Assembly: GCA_902537615.1 (NCBI GenBank)
Contig: CACBBU010000002.1
Location: forward strand, 75,334-139,333
Length of the DNA: 64,000 nucleotides
Origin: an uncultured Alphaproteobacteria bacterium
Lineage (GTDB): Bacteria > Pseudomonadota > Alphaproteobacteria > Methylaequorales > Methylaequoraceae
Direction of reading: 5' to 3'
Below the pieces are notes generated by a model that searched no databases, had not been told where the DNA came from, and saw nothing but the letters and a program-made list of their open reading frames with translations. This document shows positions 10,106-21,583 of this stretch, in pieces. A program made the translations under genes and the position numbers. Numbering within the stretch: position 1 is the first letter of the stretch; each line of letters starts with the position of its first letter.

Positions 10106-12235
10106 ATGTTATTGAATCTTAAAAAAAAAGTTGGTTCAAGTTTTCAAAATTTTTTATTTTTTTTTATATTTCTATCGTCCTTATTTTTAAGTTTTACAAT
10201 TTTTTTATCATTATCGGGAAATTTTTCTAATTTAGAGCAAGTACAAGAAATATCTAAACTTATCTCAACAAATTACATGTTAATAATAGTATTGATTTTA
10301 ATTTCTATTAGCAAAATTTTTAAAATTTTTAAAGAAAAGCAATTCAAGTCAAAATTTAGAGTTCAATTTACTTCGCTTTTTATTGTCATAAGTTTTATAC
10401 CGACTACCTTAATAACACTTTTTTCTCTAATTTTTTTTGATCAAGGAGTTAAAATTTGGTTTAACGAAAAATTAGAAAAAGTCATTTACGAATCAAAACA
10501 AATATCTGAATCATATTTTAATGAACATAAAAAAAATATAAAGAATGATATTCTTTTTATTAATGATGAATTTACTAATGAACAAGTCTTTTATTTTACT
10601 GATAAAACAAGAATAACAGAATATTTAAACTATTTTGTTGAAGTAAGAAATTTAGACGAGGCTGTAATTTTTGAAAGTTCAGGTCAACTACTAGCTAAGG
10701 TCGGGAGTTTTTTGGTTGAATCCGAGAATAGACCCCCCTTATGGACATTTCTTATTGCAGACGATGGAGAAATTGCAATATTTCCCAATTCTGATCAAAC
10801 AAAGGTTAGGGCTTTAATCAGAGTTCAGAGAGCAATTCCTACCTATCTCTATATTGGTAAAAATGTAGATGCAAATGTTTTAAGCCGTGTTGAATCAGTG
10901 AATAAGACAGCTGACGAATATGTAAACATTACTCAAAGATTAAACAATTTTCAATTCCAGTTTAATAAACTTTTTATTGCAATTAATTTTCTAATGATAC
11001 TTTTATCAATTTGGTTTGGATTAAGATTCTCTAATAAAATTCTGAACCCAATTATGAGTATTATTCTTGATTCACAAAAAATAATTAACGATAATTTTAA
11101 ATCAAGAATTACAGTGATAAATGAAAAAAATGAGTTCAATTTTTTATCAAAATTGTTAAACCAAATGCTTGATTCTTTGGCAATTCAAAAAAATAAACTA
11201 ATTAAAGCTAAAGAAACAATTAATTTGAGGAGAAAGTTTACTGAAAAAATTATTAATGAAGTTAGCAACGGTATAATATATCTTGATACAAATGAAAAAA
11301 TATTATTGTATAATAAAAGGTCGCAAGAAATATTTGGAAAAAAATTCAATGATGATTTTCTAAAAAAAAATATACAAATTTTTCAATTTATTAAAAAATT
11401 TAAACAGGAACATACATTTTTAAATGAAGTTCAGCTTAAATATATCTCAGAAAAAAAAATTAAAATACTAAACTTCAAACTGTCAAAAGTTTTTGAAAAA
11501 AAACAATTTAAGGGTATGATCTTAAGTATAAGCGATATAACTGAACTTGTTGCTGCGCAAAAAAGTGCAGCATGGTCTAATGTTGCAAGATACATGGCTC
11601 ATGAAATTAAAAATCCACTTACTCCTATAAAATTATCAGCTCAAAGAATAAATAACTCACTTAAAGAAAATAAATTAAATGCATCTTCATCATTAAAAAA
11701 TTGCACTGATACAATAATAAGGCAAGTAAGTAATATTGAAAAGCTAGTTTCAGAATTCTCAAACTTTGCAAGAATGCCTGAGGGAAATTTTGAATTAATA
11801 AAATTAAATAAATTAATACAAACCCAAATAAATACTCAAAAAATAGCAAATAACAATGTAAATTTTAAATTTATTTCAAATAAAAAAAAAATAGAAATTT
11901 TCTGTGATTATGATCAGATTAGCAGATTATTAATGAATGTTTTAAAAAATTCTGTTGAATCATCTACAAAAAAAAATAAAGAAGTATTTGTAAATTTAAA
12001 TAAGAAAGGAAAGTTTGTTATTATTGATATTGAAGATAATGGGGACGGCTTTGAAGAAATTAATAGAGATAGTTTCTTTGAACCTTATATGACTAAAAAG
12101 ACTAACGGTTCTGGGTTAGGTTTGGCAATTTGTAAAAAAATAGTTGAAGATCACAATGGTCAAATTGAACTTTTAGATAGTGAATCTCTCGGAGGTGCAA
12201 TGATTAGAATTAAGCTTTTTGTAAAACTTAAATAA
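10106..12235 (+). CDS. ntrY: Membrane sensor histidine kinase
   Basis: TM helices, HAMP, PAS, AWSNVARYMAHEIKNPLTPI, FEPYMTKK..GSGLGL. Confidence 0.92.
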   Translation: MLLNLKKKVGSSFQNFLFFFIFLSSLFLSFTIFLSLSGNFSNLEQVQEISKLISTNYMLIIVLILISISKIFKIFKEKQFKSKFRVQFTSLFIVISFIPTTLITLFSLIFFDQGVKIWFNEKLEKVIYESKQISESYFNEHKKNIKNDILFINDEFTNEQVFYFTDKTRITEYLNYFVEVRNLDEAVIFESSGQLLAKVGSFLVESENRPPLWTFLIADDGEIAIFPNSDQTKVRALIRVQRAIPTYLYIGKNVDANVLSRVESVNKTADEYVNITQRLNNFQFQFNKLFIAINFLMILLSIWFGLRFSNKILNPIMSIILDSQKIINDNFKSRITVINEKNEFNFLSKLLNQMLDSLAIQKNKLIKAKETINLRRKFTEKIINEVSNGIIYLDTNEKILLYNKRSQEIFGKKFNDDFLKKNIQIFQFIKKFKQEHTFLNEVQLKYISEKKIKILNFKLSKVFEKKQFKGMILSISDITELVAAQKSAAWSNVARYMAHEIKNPLTPIKLSAQRINNSLKENKLNASSSLKNCTDTIIRQVSNIEKLVSEFSNFARMPEGNFELIKLNKLIQTQINTQKIANNNVNFKFISNKKKIEIFCDYDQISRLLMNVLKNSVESSTKKNKEVFVNLNKKGKFVIIDIEDNGDGFEEINRDSFFEPYMTKKTNGSGLGLAICKKIVEDHNGQIELLDSESLGGAMIRIKLFVKLK

Positions 12236-13615
12236 ATGAATATTGAAGGTAAAATATTAATTATTGATGATGAAATTGATATTTGTGACCAATTGTCCGG
12301 CCTATTGAATGACAGAGGGTTTAATGCAAAATATTGTATTTCCTCTGAGTCGGGTATAAAAGAGTTTAAAAGAAATACCTATTCTCTTGTTATTCTTGAC
12401 ATTTGGTTGAACAATTCAAAACTTGATGGCTTTCAAACTCTTGAGCAAATTAAAGAATTAAATGAAGCTGTTCCAATAATTATGATTAGTGGTCATGGTA
12501 ATATAGAAACTGCGGTTAATTCCATAAAAAAAGGGGCTTATGACTTTATTGAAAAGCCTCTTGATGGAGATTTATTGATATTCAAAGTTTCAAAAGCATT
12601 GGAAAACTATGAATTAAAAAATAAAATAAATAACTTGTATAAGTCAAAAAATGATAATTATATTGCAAATTCTGAAGCATCAAAAAAAGTATTAAATTCT
12701 TTAAAAAAAATTTCAAAAACAGATTCTTCAATTTTACTTAGTGGACTAAACGGAAGTGGCAGAGAGTTTTTAGCTAGAAAAATTCATATAGAGTCAAACA
12801 GAAGTAACAGAAGGTTAAAAACCATAGATTTTTCTGACTTAGATCGTACTAAAATAGAGAATAAATTATTTGGAAGTGAGGAAAAAGGTATAATAAAGTC
12901 CGTTGGCATACTTGAAGAAGTTAACGGAGGAACACTGTTTGTTAAAAATATTGATAAGATGGATTCAAAGATTCAAGGAAAATTTTTAAGAGTTTTAGAA
13001 GAGAAAAAATATTACAGGATTGGAAGTCTTAGTCCAAATAATATTAATTTTAGAATTATTTCTTCTTCTAAAATGTTATTAAATGATTTAAGGAAATGTG
13101 TAGTGTTTAGATCTGATCTTTTGAATAAAATTAATTTTTATGAAATCATGGTACCTTCAATTAAACAAAGAACTGAGGACATAAACGACCTTGTTAAAGA
13201 GTTTCTTGTTAAAGCTTTAAGTTTTCATAAATTGAATATAAAAAACGTATCAAATGATGCTATTCTATTTTTTTCTGAATTAGTATGTGTTAATAATATT
13301 GCACAATTAAAAAAATTTATTGAGTGGAGTGTTTTTATGCTTTCAGAAACCGAAAATAATAAGATAACAAAAGAAAAGGTTATTAATTTACTTAATGGTT
13401 TTTTAAATGGGAATAGCAAAAGAGAAAAAATAGATAACCTTAAATATCTAGACATTGAAATTAAACAAGCTAGAGAGTTTTTTGAAAAAAATTACTTAAC
13501 CTATAACTTAAAAAAATATAACAATAATATATCAAAAGTGTCTCAGAAAATTGGTATGGAAAGAACGGCACTTTATAGAAAATTAAAGTTGCTAAAAATT
13601 AATGCAGGTAGTTAA
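12236..13615 (+). CDS. ntrX: Response regulator NtrX (AAA+ domain degenerate)
   Basis: LDIWL receiver, SGHGNIETAV, HTH IGMERTALYRKL; no GAFTGA. Confidence 0.9.
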   Translation: MNIEGKILIIDDEIDICDQLSGLLNDRGFNAKYCISSESGIKEFKRNTYSLVILDIWLNNSKLDGFQTLEQIKELNEAVPIIMISGHGNIETAVNSIKKGAYDFIEKPLDGDLLIFKVSKALENYELKNKINNLYKSKNDNYIANSEASKKVLNSLKKISKTDSSILLSGLNGSGREFLARKIHIESNRSNRRLKTIDFSDLDRTKIENKLFGSEEKGIIKSVGILEEVNGGTLFVKNIDKMDSKIQGKFLRVLEEKKYYRIGSLSPNNINFRIISSSKMLLNDLRKCVVFRSDLLNKINFYEIMVPSIKQRTEDINDLVKEFLVKALSFHKLNIKNVSNDAILFFSELVCVNNIAQLKKFIEWSVFMLSETENNKITKEKVINLLNGFLNGNSKREKIDNLKYLDIEIKQAREFFEKNYLTYNLKKYNNNISKVSQKIGMERTALYRKLKLLKINAGS

Positions 13616-13621
13616 TATCAT

Positions 13622-15004
13622 ATGAAGATTATTGTTTGTGGGGCTGGTGAAGTAGGAGCAAATATTGCTAAGCAACTCGTTTACGAAGATAATGATGTTA
13701 CTATAATAGATGACTCTGAATCACGCTTAAGATCTTTGAATAAAACCTTAGATCTAAAAAGTATTTGTGGAAAAATAATTCTTCCAGAAATATTAGAAAA
13801 AGCTGGAGCTAACGAAGCTGATATTATTATAGCAGTTTCCGAAGAAGATGAGTCTAATATTCTCTGCTGTCAGTTGGCTAATTACATATTTAATATACCC
13901 ACTAAAGTTGCTAGAATTAAAGAATCAGGTTTTTTAAACCCTAAATACTTTGACAATCTTTTTGTTAAAAATAAAATTGATTTAGATGCAATTATTTCTC
14001 CAGAATTAGAGGTAGCTAAGGCAATTATTAGACAACTAAATACTCCTGGAGCATTTGACTCTTTTTATTTGGGTGATAAGGTTGCAAGAATTATTGGAAT
14101 GTCTATTGAGGAATCGTGTCCAATTGTCAACACTCCATTAAGAATGTTGCCAGGAATTTTTTCAGGATTGGAAGTAAAAATTTTATCTATATTTAGAGAT
14201 AATGAAATTATTATTCCAACTGGTAAAGTAGAAATTTATCCTGGTGACGATATATATATTTGTATCAAAAATAAAGATTTGTTAAGAGCACTCAGAGTGT
14301 TTGGTATCAAATCACAGGAAAATAGGAAAGTTGTAATTGTTGGAGCGGGAAATGTTGGGTTCAATATCATTAAAATTATTGAGAGAGATTACCCAGAAAT
14401 TAGCTGTAAGATAATTGATAATAATCTTGAAAAAACTAAGTCAGTTTCATCCAAACTTTCTAATCAAAACACAATTTTGTATGGTGATGCTTTAGATACA
14501 GCAATTTTGAAGGAAGCGGGTGTTTCCGGTGCGGAGGCAATAATTTCTGTAACAGATGATGACGAGACAAATATTTTTTCATCTTTATTAGCAAAAGATC
14601 TTGGCTGTAAAAGATCAATGGCAATTGTAAGCAATGAAAATTATAGAAGGTTATCAAAAAAACTGACTTTAGATGTTCTGATAAATCCAGGTAATATTAC
14701 AACATCTGCCGTTCTCCAGTACGTAAGAAGAGGTAAAGTCAGAGAAGTCCACGACTTTGGAAATGATCGTGGTGAAATAATGGAAATTGAAATTCTTCCT
14801 ACAACAAAGTTTTCTGATAAAAAAATATCTGATCTTACTATGCCAAAAGGTGTAGTTATCGGAGGAGTTGTTAGAAACAATGAATTGATATTAACTGATG
14901 AAAACACAATACTTCAGGTAAAAGATAAGTTAATAATCTTTTCTATTCCTTCATCAATTAAAGATATTGAAAAATATTCTGAGGTAAATATAGAGTTCTT
15001 TTGA
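13622..15004 (+). CDS. trkA: Trk potassium uptake NAD-binding subunit
   Basis: Two RCK_N domains (CGAGEVG, VGAGNVG), each followed by RCK_C. Confidence 0.93.
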   Translation: MKIIVCGAGEVGANIAKQLVYEDNDVTIIDDSESRLRSLNKTLDLKSICGKIILPEILEKAGANEADIIIAVSEEDESNILCCQLANYIFNIPTKVARIKESGFLNPKYFDNLFVKNKIDLDAIISPELEVAKAIIRQLNTPGAFDSFYLGDKVARIIGMSIEESCPIVNTPLRMLPGIFSGLEVKILSIFRDNEIIIPTGKVEIYPGDDIYICIKNKDLLRALRVFGIKSQENRKVVIVGAGNVGFNIIKIIERDYPEISCKIIDNNLEKTKSVSSKLSNQNTILYGDALDTAILKEAGVSGAEAIISVTDDDETNIFSSLLAKDLGCKRSMAIVSNENYRRLSKKLTLDVLINPGNITTSAVLQYVRRGKVREVHDFGNDRGEIMEIEILPTTKFSDKKISDLTMPKGVVIGGVVRNNELILTDENTILQVKDKLIIFSIPSSIKDIEKYSEVNIEFF

Positions 15005-15858
15005 TGTCATTTTGCTATATAAATGGTTCTTACAAAAATAATATTGATGCCCTGATTTCTGTTGAGGATAGAGGATTTAACTTTTCAGATGGAGTATACG
15101 AAGTAATGGGTTTTCGTAGTGGAAAATTACTAAATTTTGAAATGCATCTTAGTAGATTAAGTAAATCTTTGATAGATTTACAAATTAGTACGCCATTTAG
15201 TAATCAAAGTTCATTAAAAATTATTATTAATCATCTTTTGAAATTAAACGACATAAATGATGGTTTTTTATATATACAAATTACCAGAGGAACAGCTAAA
15301 AGAAACCATCTTTTTCCTAGAAACATAAAACCAAATATTATTATTTTTACTTTTTCAAAGGGAGGAATAGATAAAATTAAGAAAGGAGTAAATATTGGTC
15401 TTACAAAAGATCAAAGGTGGATGCGCTGTGATATCAAGTCAATATCCTTATTAGCAAATGTTTTGGATAAGCAAAGAGGTTTTGAAAACGGTTTTTTTGA
15501 AGTTTGGCAACAAAGAAAAAATTTTATAACTGAGGGAACTACTTCAAACGCTTTTATTGTGGATAAAAAGAATTATATTTATACCCATCCTAAGAATAAT
15601 TTTATTCTTGGGGGAATCACAAGAGATTGTGTTGTTAAAATTGCATTAAAAAATAACCTTAAAGTTATTGAAAAAGCTTTTAGTATTTATGATATAAAAA
15701 AATGTAAAGAGGCTTTTTTAACAAGCACAACTCTTGGTGTCGTTCCTGTGATTAAAATTGATGATATAATTATTAATAAAAAACAAATAGGTTTGATTAC
15801 AAAAACTTTAATGAAGAAACTTGAAGATTTTTTAAACATGCAAATTTATGAACAATAG
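15004..15858 (+). CDS. dat: Class IV (D-amino-acid) aminotransferase
   Basis: EDRGFNFSDGVYEV, DIKSISLL, EGTTSN, ILGGITR; TGATG overlap with the trkA stop. Confidence 0.88.
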   Translation: MSFCYINGSYKNNIDALISVEDRGFNFSDGVYEVMGFRSGKLLNFEMHLSRLSKSLIDLQISTPFSNQSSLKIIINHLLKLNDINDGFLYIQITRGTAKRNHLFPRNIKPNIIIFTFSKGGIDKIKKGVNIGLTKDQRWMRCDIKSISLLANVLDKQRGFENGFFEVWQQRKNFITEGTTSNAFIVDKKNYIYTHPKNNFILGGITRDCVVKIALKNNLKVIEKAFSIYDIKKCKEAFLTSTTLGVVPVIKIDDIIINKKQIGLITKTLMKKLEDFLNMQIYEQ

Positions 15859-16924
15859 TGATATTTTAGTAATTCATCCATTTCTAAAGAAAAAAAGAAT
15901 AAACAAAGAATACTTTCTTGAAGAGGCTTTAAACCTTGTGAAAGCCATTAATTTAAACTGTGTAGAAAGTCTTTTAGTTGGTTTAGATAAAATAAGCCCA
16001 AAAACCTATTTAAATCAGGGGTTTGTTAGAAAAATTAAAATAGAAATTAGTAATTCAAAAATTGATTTATTACTTATAAATGTAATTCTTTCACCAATTC
16101 AGCAAAGAAATCTTGAGAAAGAATTAAATTGTAAAGTTTTGGATAGGACTAATTTAATACTAGAAATTTTTGGTTCTAGAGCTAAATCCAATGAAGGAAA
16201 ATTGAGTGTAATGTTAGCAAGCTTAGAATATCAAAAGAGTAGACTCGTAAGGTCATGGACACACCTTGAAAGACAGAGGGGAGGAGCAGGATTTATGGGT
16301 GGACCTGGAGAAAAACAAATAGAGTCGGACAGAAGACAACTTACAGAAAAAATAAATAGATTAAAAAAAAAAATAAAAAATATTATTTTGAGTAGAAATA
16401 ACCAAAGATATAGAAGAAAGAAAAATAAAGTTCCAATAATTTCACTCGTTGGTTATACAAATTCAGGAAAATCAACTCTTTTCAATAAATTAACAAAAGC
16501 AAATGTTTTGTCTAAAGACATGCTTTTTGCTTCTTTAGACTCAACAATTAGAAGATCCTTTTTTAAAAATGTTAATTTTCTTTTTGTTGATACCGTTGGA
16601 TTTATTCGTGATCTTCCAACTACTCTTATTGACGCATTTAAGTCAACTTTAGACGAAATAATTTATTCAGATTTAATTCTTCATGTAAGAGATATATCAA
16701 GTCAATATTACTTAGAGCAGAGAAATGAAGTAATAAAAATATTGAATGAAATTGGTATATATAATGATGATCAGAGAATTATAGAAGTAATAAATAAAGT
16801 TGACTTAGTTAAAAACTTGAACAAACATCACAATTCCCTTAATAGGCAGTCGGTATTTGTATCAGCACTTAGTGGTGAGGGTATTGAGGAGCTAAAAACT
16901 AAGATTATTAAAAAAATTGTATGA
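15848..16924 (+). CDS. hflX: Ribosome-splitting GTPase HflX
   Basis: LSPIQQRNLE, GGPGEKQIE, GYTNSGKST, DTVGFI, NKVD. Confidence 0.95.
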   Translation: MNNSDILVIHPFLKKKRINKEYFLEEALNLVKAINLNCVESLLVGLDKISPKTYLNQGFVRKIKIEISNSKIDLLLINVILSPIQQRNLEKELNCKVLDRTNLILEIFGSRAKSNEGKLSVMLASLEYQKSRLVRSWTHLERQRGGAGFMGGPGEKQIESDRRQLTEKINRLKKKIKNIILSRNNQRYRRKKNKVPIISLVGYTNSGKSTLFNKLTKANVLSKDMLFASLDSTIRRSFFKNVNFLFVDTVGFIRDLPTTLIDAFKSTLDEIIYSDLILHVRDISSQYYLEQRNEVIKILNEIGIYNDDQRIIEVINKVDLVKNLNKHHNSLNRQSVFVSALSGEGIEELKTKIIKKIV

Positions 16925-16925
16925 T

Positions 16926-17804
16926 TTACTTTAATAATCTTATTAAATTTGATGTATCTTCTTTTGAATAACCTTTTTTAACCAATTTATTATAAAAACC
17001 TTTTATTTGCTTTGTCACTGGTAACTTAATATTAGAATTATTTGATTCGCCTAATAAAATTTTAAGATCTTTAAGCATGAGTTTATTCATAAAACCAAAG
17101 TTAAATTGGTTTTTCCACATTGTAAGTGATCTATTTTCAAGTTGCCATGATTGTGCAGCTCCATTTCTTATTACTTCTAGCAATTTTTTTATATTTAGGT
17201 TTTTTTTTTGTGCAAAATTTAATCCCTCAGCTAAACCCTGAATAATTGATGCGACACAAATTTGGTTGACCATTTTAGTAAGTTGACCATTTCCTGGTTT
17301 CCCCATAAATATTATTGACTTGTAATAACAATCTAAATTTTTTTCTAGCAATTTGAATTTACTTTTGTTTCCCCCAACCATAATTGCCAATTTACCTTCT
17401 TTTGCTCCAATTTCACCACCACTTACAGGTGCATCAAAAAAGAAAGCTTCCTTTTTCTTAAATTTTTCAAATAGTTTAATTGATATATCTAGAGATGCAG
17501 TAGTGTGATCTACAATAATAGTATTTTTTTTTACACCATCTAGAATTTTATTCTTTTTTAAATATATTTCCTCAAGGTCATTGTCATTGCCTACACAGGA
17601 TATTATAACTTCTGAATTTTCTGCTAGATTTTTATAATTTTCATACAAATTAATCTTTCCTTTATTTCCAAATTTTTTTATAAATTTTTTTGTATTATAA
17701 GAATCTCTTTTGACAATATTAATTTTTTTATATTTTTTTAAAAGATGAGAAGCAATGTTTCCTCCCATAATTCCCAAGCCTACAAAACCTATTTTTTTCA
17801 TCAT
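16926..17804 (-). CDS. NAD(P)-dependent oxidoreductase, 3-hydroxyisobutyrate/2-hydroxy-3-oxopropionate reductase family
   Basis: GFVGLGIMG, DAPVSGG, KMVNQ, KDL motifs. Confidence 0.9.
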   Translation of the reverse strand: MMKKIGFVGLGIMGGNIASHLLKKYKKINIVKRDSYNTKKFIKKFGNKGKINLYENYKNLAENSEVIISCVGNDNDLEEIYLKKNKILDGVKKNTIIVDHTTASLDISIKLFEKFKKKEAFFFDAPVSGGEIGAKEGKLAIMVGGNKSKFKLLEKNLDCYYKSIIFMGKPGNGQLTKMVNQICVASIIQGLAEGLNFAQKKNLNIKKLLEVIRNGAAQSWQLENRSLTMWKNQFNFGFMNKLMLKDLKILLGESNNSNIKLPVTKQIKGFYNKLVKKGYSKEDTSNLIRLLK

Positions 17805-20383
17805 TTAATTTTAAAATCTAGTTCACTATTCTTTGTTGAGATAAAAACTTTACTTTTCTCATTAATTTGACTACTAACAAGCATATGCGCTATTTTATCA
17901 ACAATATATGTTTGTATGACTCTTTTCAGAGGCCTTGCACCATAAGAAGATGAAAAACCTTCCTCAATCAACCAATTTTCTGCGTTTTCATCAAGCTCTA
18001 TTTGAATTTTCTTTATTTTAAGAAAATTAACTATTTCAGAGATTTGTAATTTAAGTATTTTGTTCATTTCTTGTTTTGAGAGTCTGTTAAAGATAATTAC
18101 TTCATCAATTCTATTAAGAAATTCTGGTTTAAATTTTTGTTTAACTTGATCAAGTATTTTTTCTTGTGTAAAAATTTCAATTTTACTTTTTTGATCTTCT
18201 GAAAAGTCAATATATTCTGCACCTATATTAGATGTCATTATTATTATTGTATTTTTAAAATTGATTGTTCTTCCATGTGAGTCGGTAAGTCTACCTTCAT
18301 CAAAAACTTGTAAAAGTATATTATAAATTTCTGAATGAGCTTTCTCTATCTCATCAAGAAGAATTACTTGATAAGGTTTTCTTCTTATGGATTCTGTGAG
18401 AAAGCCTCCACTCTCATAACCTATGTAACCAGGAGGTGAACCTATAAGCTTTGATACAGAGTGTTTCTCCATATATTCAGACATATCCAACCTAAAAAAA
18501 GAATTAGTTTGATTAAACAAGAAACTTGAAAGAGTTTTTGTAAGCTCTGTTTTTCCAACACCTGTAGGTCCCAGAAAAAGAAAAATTCCTATTGGTCTCT
18601 CAGGATCTTGGATTCCTGCTCTTGATCGTAAAATAGCTTTTGAAATTTTTTCAATTGCCTCCTTTTGTCCAATAACTTTATTGGCAAGAATTGTATTCAT
18701 ATTTAATATTTTATTCTTTTCTTTCTCAAGCATTCTTTCCTCAGGCACTCCTGTAATCTTTGATATTACTTGAGCTATTTCATTTGAAGTTACCTCTTTA
18801 CTGAGAATCGTATTTTCTTTTGTTTCTTCTAGATAAGATAGTTTTTTTTCTAATTCAGGTATTTTCCCATAAGCCAATTCTCCTGCCTCTGAGAGTTTTC
18901 CATCTCTTTGTAGAATATTTAACTTATTCCTTTGAAGATCTACATCAGATTTGAGTTTTTGTATTTCAATTATTTTTTCTTTTTCCTTATTCCATTTTTG
19001 ATTCAGATTATTATATCGTGTTTCCAATTCACTGATTATTTTTTTTAGATCTTTAGATCTTTCTGTAGATTTTTTATCATCATCTTTTTTTAAACTTTCA
19101 TATTCAATTTTATTTTGCAAAAGTTTTCTCTCAATTTTATCAAGATCCTCTGGTTTTGAATCAATTTGTAATCTAATTCTTGATGCGGCTTCATCCATTA
19201 AATCAATAGCTTTATCTGGAAGAAATCTGTCATTAATATATCTATTAGACAACTCAACAGCTGAGATAATTGCTGAATCAAGTATTTTAACTCCGTGATA
19301 TGCTTCATATTTCTGTTTTAAGCCTCTTAGAATTGAAATTGAATCATCAATTGATGGTTCTTCAACTAACACTTGTTGAAACCTTCTGGCGAGTGCTGCA
19401 TCCTTTTCAATATTTTCTCTGTATTCATTAAGCGTGGTAGCACCTATGCAGTGTAACTCCCCTCTCGCTAATGCTGGTTTGAGAAGATTTGATGCATCTA
19501 GAGAACCGTCAGCTTTTCCTGCTCCTACAAGAGTATGAATTTCATCAATAAATAAAATAATTGAATTTTGATTTTCTGATACTTCCTTGAGTATAGATTT
19601 TAACCTTTCTTCAAATTCTCCTCTAAATTTTGCTCCAGCAATCATAAGCCCTAGATCTAGAGAAAGTATTTTTTTTAATTTTAAAGAATCTGGTACATCA
19701 TCATTAACAATCCTTAAAGCTAATCCTTCAATAATTGCAGTCTTTCCCACACCAGGTTCACCAATGAGGACAGGATTATTTTTTGTTCTTCTTGAAAGAA
19801 CCTGAATACTTCTCCTTATTTCCTCTTCTCTTCCAATTACAGGATCTAACTTACCATTTCTAGCTAACTCAGTGACGTCAACTGAAAATTTTTTTAGAGC
19901 ATCCGTGTTTATTGATTTATTTGAACTGTCTATCGTCTGTCCCTTTCTTATCTTAAGAATTGATTTTTTTAATGTATCTTTGTTTAATCCATTTTTTAAC
20001 AGTAAGTCAAAGATTTTAAGTTTTTCACAATGTAATATAGAATACAATAAAATTTCAGGTGAAATAAATTGATCATTAAATTCTTTAATTAAATCTTTTG
20101 ATTTAAGAAAAGCTTGCACCATTTCATTTGAAAAATAAATGTTAACATTACTACCTAAAATTGCTGGAAAAGATTGAATTATATCTTCAAGATCTTTTCT
20201 TATTCTGGATATATTGACTTTAGAATCATTTAAAATTTTTTGAATATATTCATCGTTTTGATCAAAAAGGGTTATAAGCAAATGTTCAGGGGTTACTTGT
20301 TGATGATTATTCTCAATAGCTTTATTCTGAGAATCATTAATTAGAATTTTACTTTTATCATTAAATAGTTCAAAATTTATCAT
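17801..20383 (-). CDS. clpB: ATP-dependent disaggregase ClpB
   Basis: Two AAA modules ([16 protein letters not shown]), [16 protein letters not shown], coiled-coil middle domain, YGARPLKR. Confidence 0.97.
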   Translation of the reverse strand: MINFELFNDKSKILINDSQNKAIENNHQQVTPEHLLITLFDQNDEYIQKILNDSKVNISRIRKDLEDIIQSFPAILGSNVNIYFSNEMVQAFLKSKDLIKEFNDQFISPEILLYSILHCEKLKIFDLLLKNGLNKDTLKKSILKIRKGQTIDSSNKSINTDALKKFSVDVTELARNGKLDPVIGREEEIRRSIQVLSRRTKNNPVLIGEPGVGKTAIIEGLALRIVNDDVPDSLKLKKILSLDLGLMIAGAKFRGEFEERLKSILKEVSENQNSIILFIDEIHTLVGAGKADGSLDASNLLKPALARGELHCIGATTLNEYRENIEKDAALARRFQQVLVEEPSIDDSISILRGLKQKYEAYHGVKILDSAIISAVELSNRYINDRFLPDKAIDLMDEAASRIRLQIDSKPEDLDKIERKLLQNKIEYESLKKDDDKKSTERSKDLKKIISELETRYNNLNQKWNKEKEKIIEIQKLKSDVDLQRNKLNILQRDGKLSEAGELAYGKIPELEKKLSYLEETKENTILSKEVTSNEIAQVISKITGVPEERMLEKEKNKILNMNTILANKVIGQKEAIEKISKAILRSRAGIQDPERPIGIFLFLGPTGVGKTELTKTLSSFLFNQTNSFFRLDMSEYMEKHSVSKLIGSPPGYIGYESGGFLTESIRRKPYQVILLDEIEKAHSEIYNILLQVFDEGRLTDSHGRTINFKNTIIIMTSNIGAEYIDFSEDQKSKIEIFTQEKILDQVKQKFKPEFLNRIDEVIIFNRLSKQEMNKILKLQISEIVNFLKIKKIQIELDENAENWLIEEGFSSSYGARPLKRVIQTYIVDKIAHMLVSSQINEKSKVFISTKNSELDFKIK

Positions 20384-20431
20384 TAAAAAATATACTCCAC
20401 ATATATTAAAATATAAGAAAAGAATGTTTAA

Positions 20432-21583
20432 GTGAATAAAAATCTTCCCCTTAGTAATATTGTAGTACTAGATTTGACAAATGTACTCTCTGGTCCTTTT
20501 GCAACCCAAATATTATCAGATCTTGGTGCTGAAATAATTAAAGTAGAAAAACCTAACGGTGATGATTCTAGAAAGTTTGGTCCTTTTATTAAAAATAGAT
20601 CTTCGTACTTTATTTCATTAAACAGGGGGAAAAAAAGTATAATTATAGATTTTAAAAGTGATGAAGATAAAAAGATATTTAAAAAATTGCTGGCTATTTC
20701 TGATATTATTATTGATAATTTTAAACCTGGAACACTTGAAAAATATGGATTTTCTTCCAGTTATTTAAAAAAAAACTTTCCATCACTTATACAAACAAAA
20801 ATTAGTGGTTTTGGAGAAACAGGTCCACTTAAAGAAAACCCAGCATATGATTTGATTGTTCAAGCAATGGGAGGAATTATGAGTATTACCGGGAAAAATA
20901 AAAACGAAAGTAACAGAGTTGGATCATCAATTGGTGACATAGTAGCTGGGCTTTATGCGGTAATTGGTGTTTTAACACAAATTATTTTTAGAAACCGATC
21001 AAAAAGAGGATCAAGATTAGATTTAAGTATGTTGGATTGCCAAGTTGCAATTCTTGAAAATGCCATAGCTAGATATTCAGTTGAAAAAAAGATTCCTTAT
21101 CCACTTGGTACTGACCATCCATCAATAACACCATTCGGAACATTTAAAACATTAGATGGGACTTTGGCTATAGCTGTTGGTAATAATAAAATGTTTAAAA
21201 ATTTCTGTTATTCAATTAGAAGTGAAGAGCTGTATAAAAAAAAAAAATATGAAAATAATGAAAAAAGAAATAAAAACCTCGCAGATCTTAGAAGAGATAT
21301 TGAAAATCAACTGAAAAAAAAAAAAACAGATTATTGGTGTAAGGTTTTTGTAAAAAATAAAATACCACATTCAAGAATTAATAATGTTAAAGATGTTATT
21401 AAAAATAAACAGGTTGAAAATAGAAAGATGATTTTAGATTATAATTTTAATAAAATTAATAATCTAAAAATTTCAGGAAATCCTTTAAAATTTTCCTTCA
21501 TGAATATAAATGATAATGTAAAAAAATCTCCGGATTTAGATGAAAATAAATTAGAAATATTGAAAAAAATAAGTAAATTCTAG
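20432..21583 (+). CDS. CaiB/BaiF family III CoA-transferase
   Basis: VLDLTNVLSGPFATQILSDLGAEIIKVE, LNRGKKS, PAYDLIVQAMGG, GDIVAG. Confidence 0.92.
   Translation: MNKNLPLSNIVVLDLTNVLSGPFATQILSDLGAEIIKVEKPNGDDSRKFGPFIKNRSSYFISLNRGKKSIIIDFKSDEDKKIFKKLLAISDIIIDNFKPGTLEKYGFSSSYLKKNFPSLIQTKISGFGETGPLKENPAYDLIVQAMGGIMSITGKNKNESNRVGSSIGDIVAGLYAVIGVLTQIIFRNRSKRGSRLDLSMLDCQVAILENAIARYSVEKKIPYPLGTDHPSITPFGTFKTLDGTLAIAVGNNKMFKNFCYSIRSEELYKKKKYENNEKRNKNLADLRRDIENQLKKKKTDYWCKVFVKNKIPHSRINNVKDVIKNKQVENRKMILDYNFNKINNLKISGNPLKFSFMNINDNVKKSPDLDENKLEILKKISKF

Noticed and set aside
20384-20431. Sigma-32 promoter or CIRCE element upstream of clpB
   Set aside because: No convincing CTTGAA...CCCCAT/CCTAT or TTAGCACTC-N9-GAGTGCTAA match.
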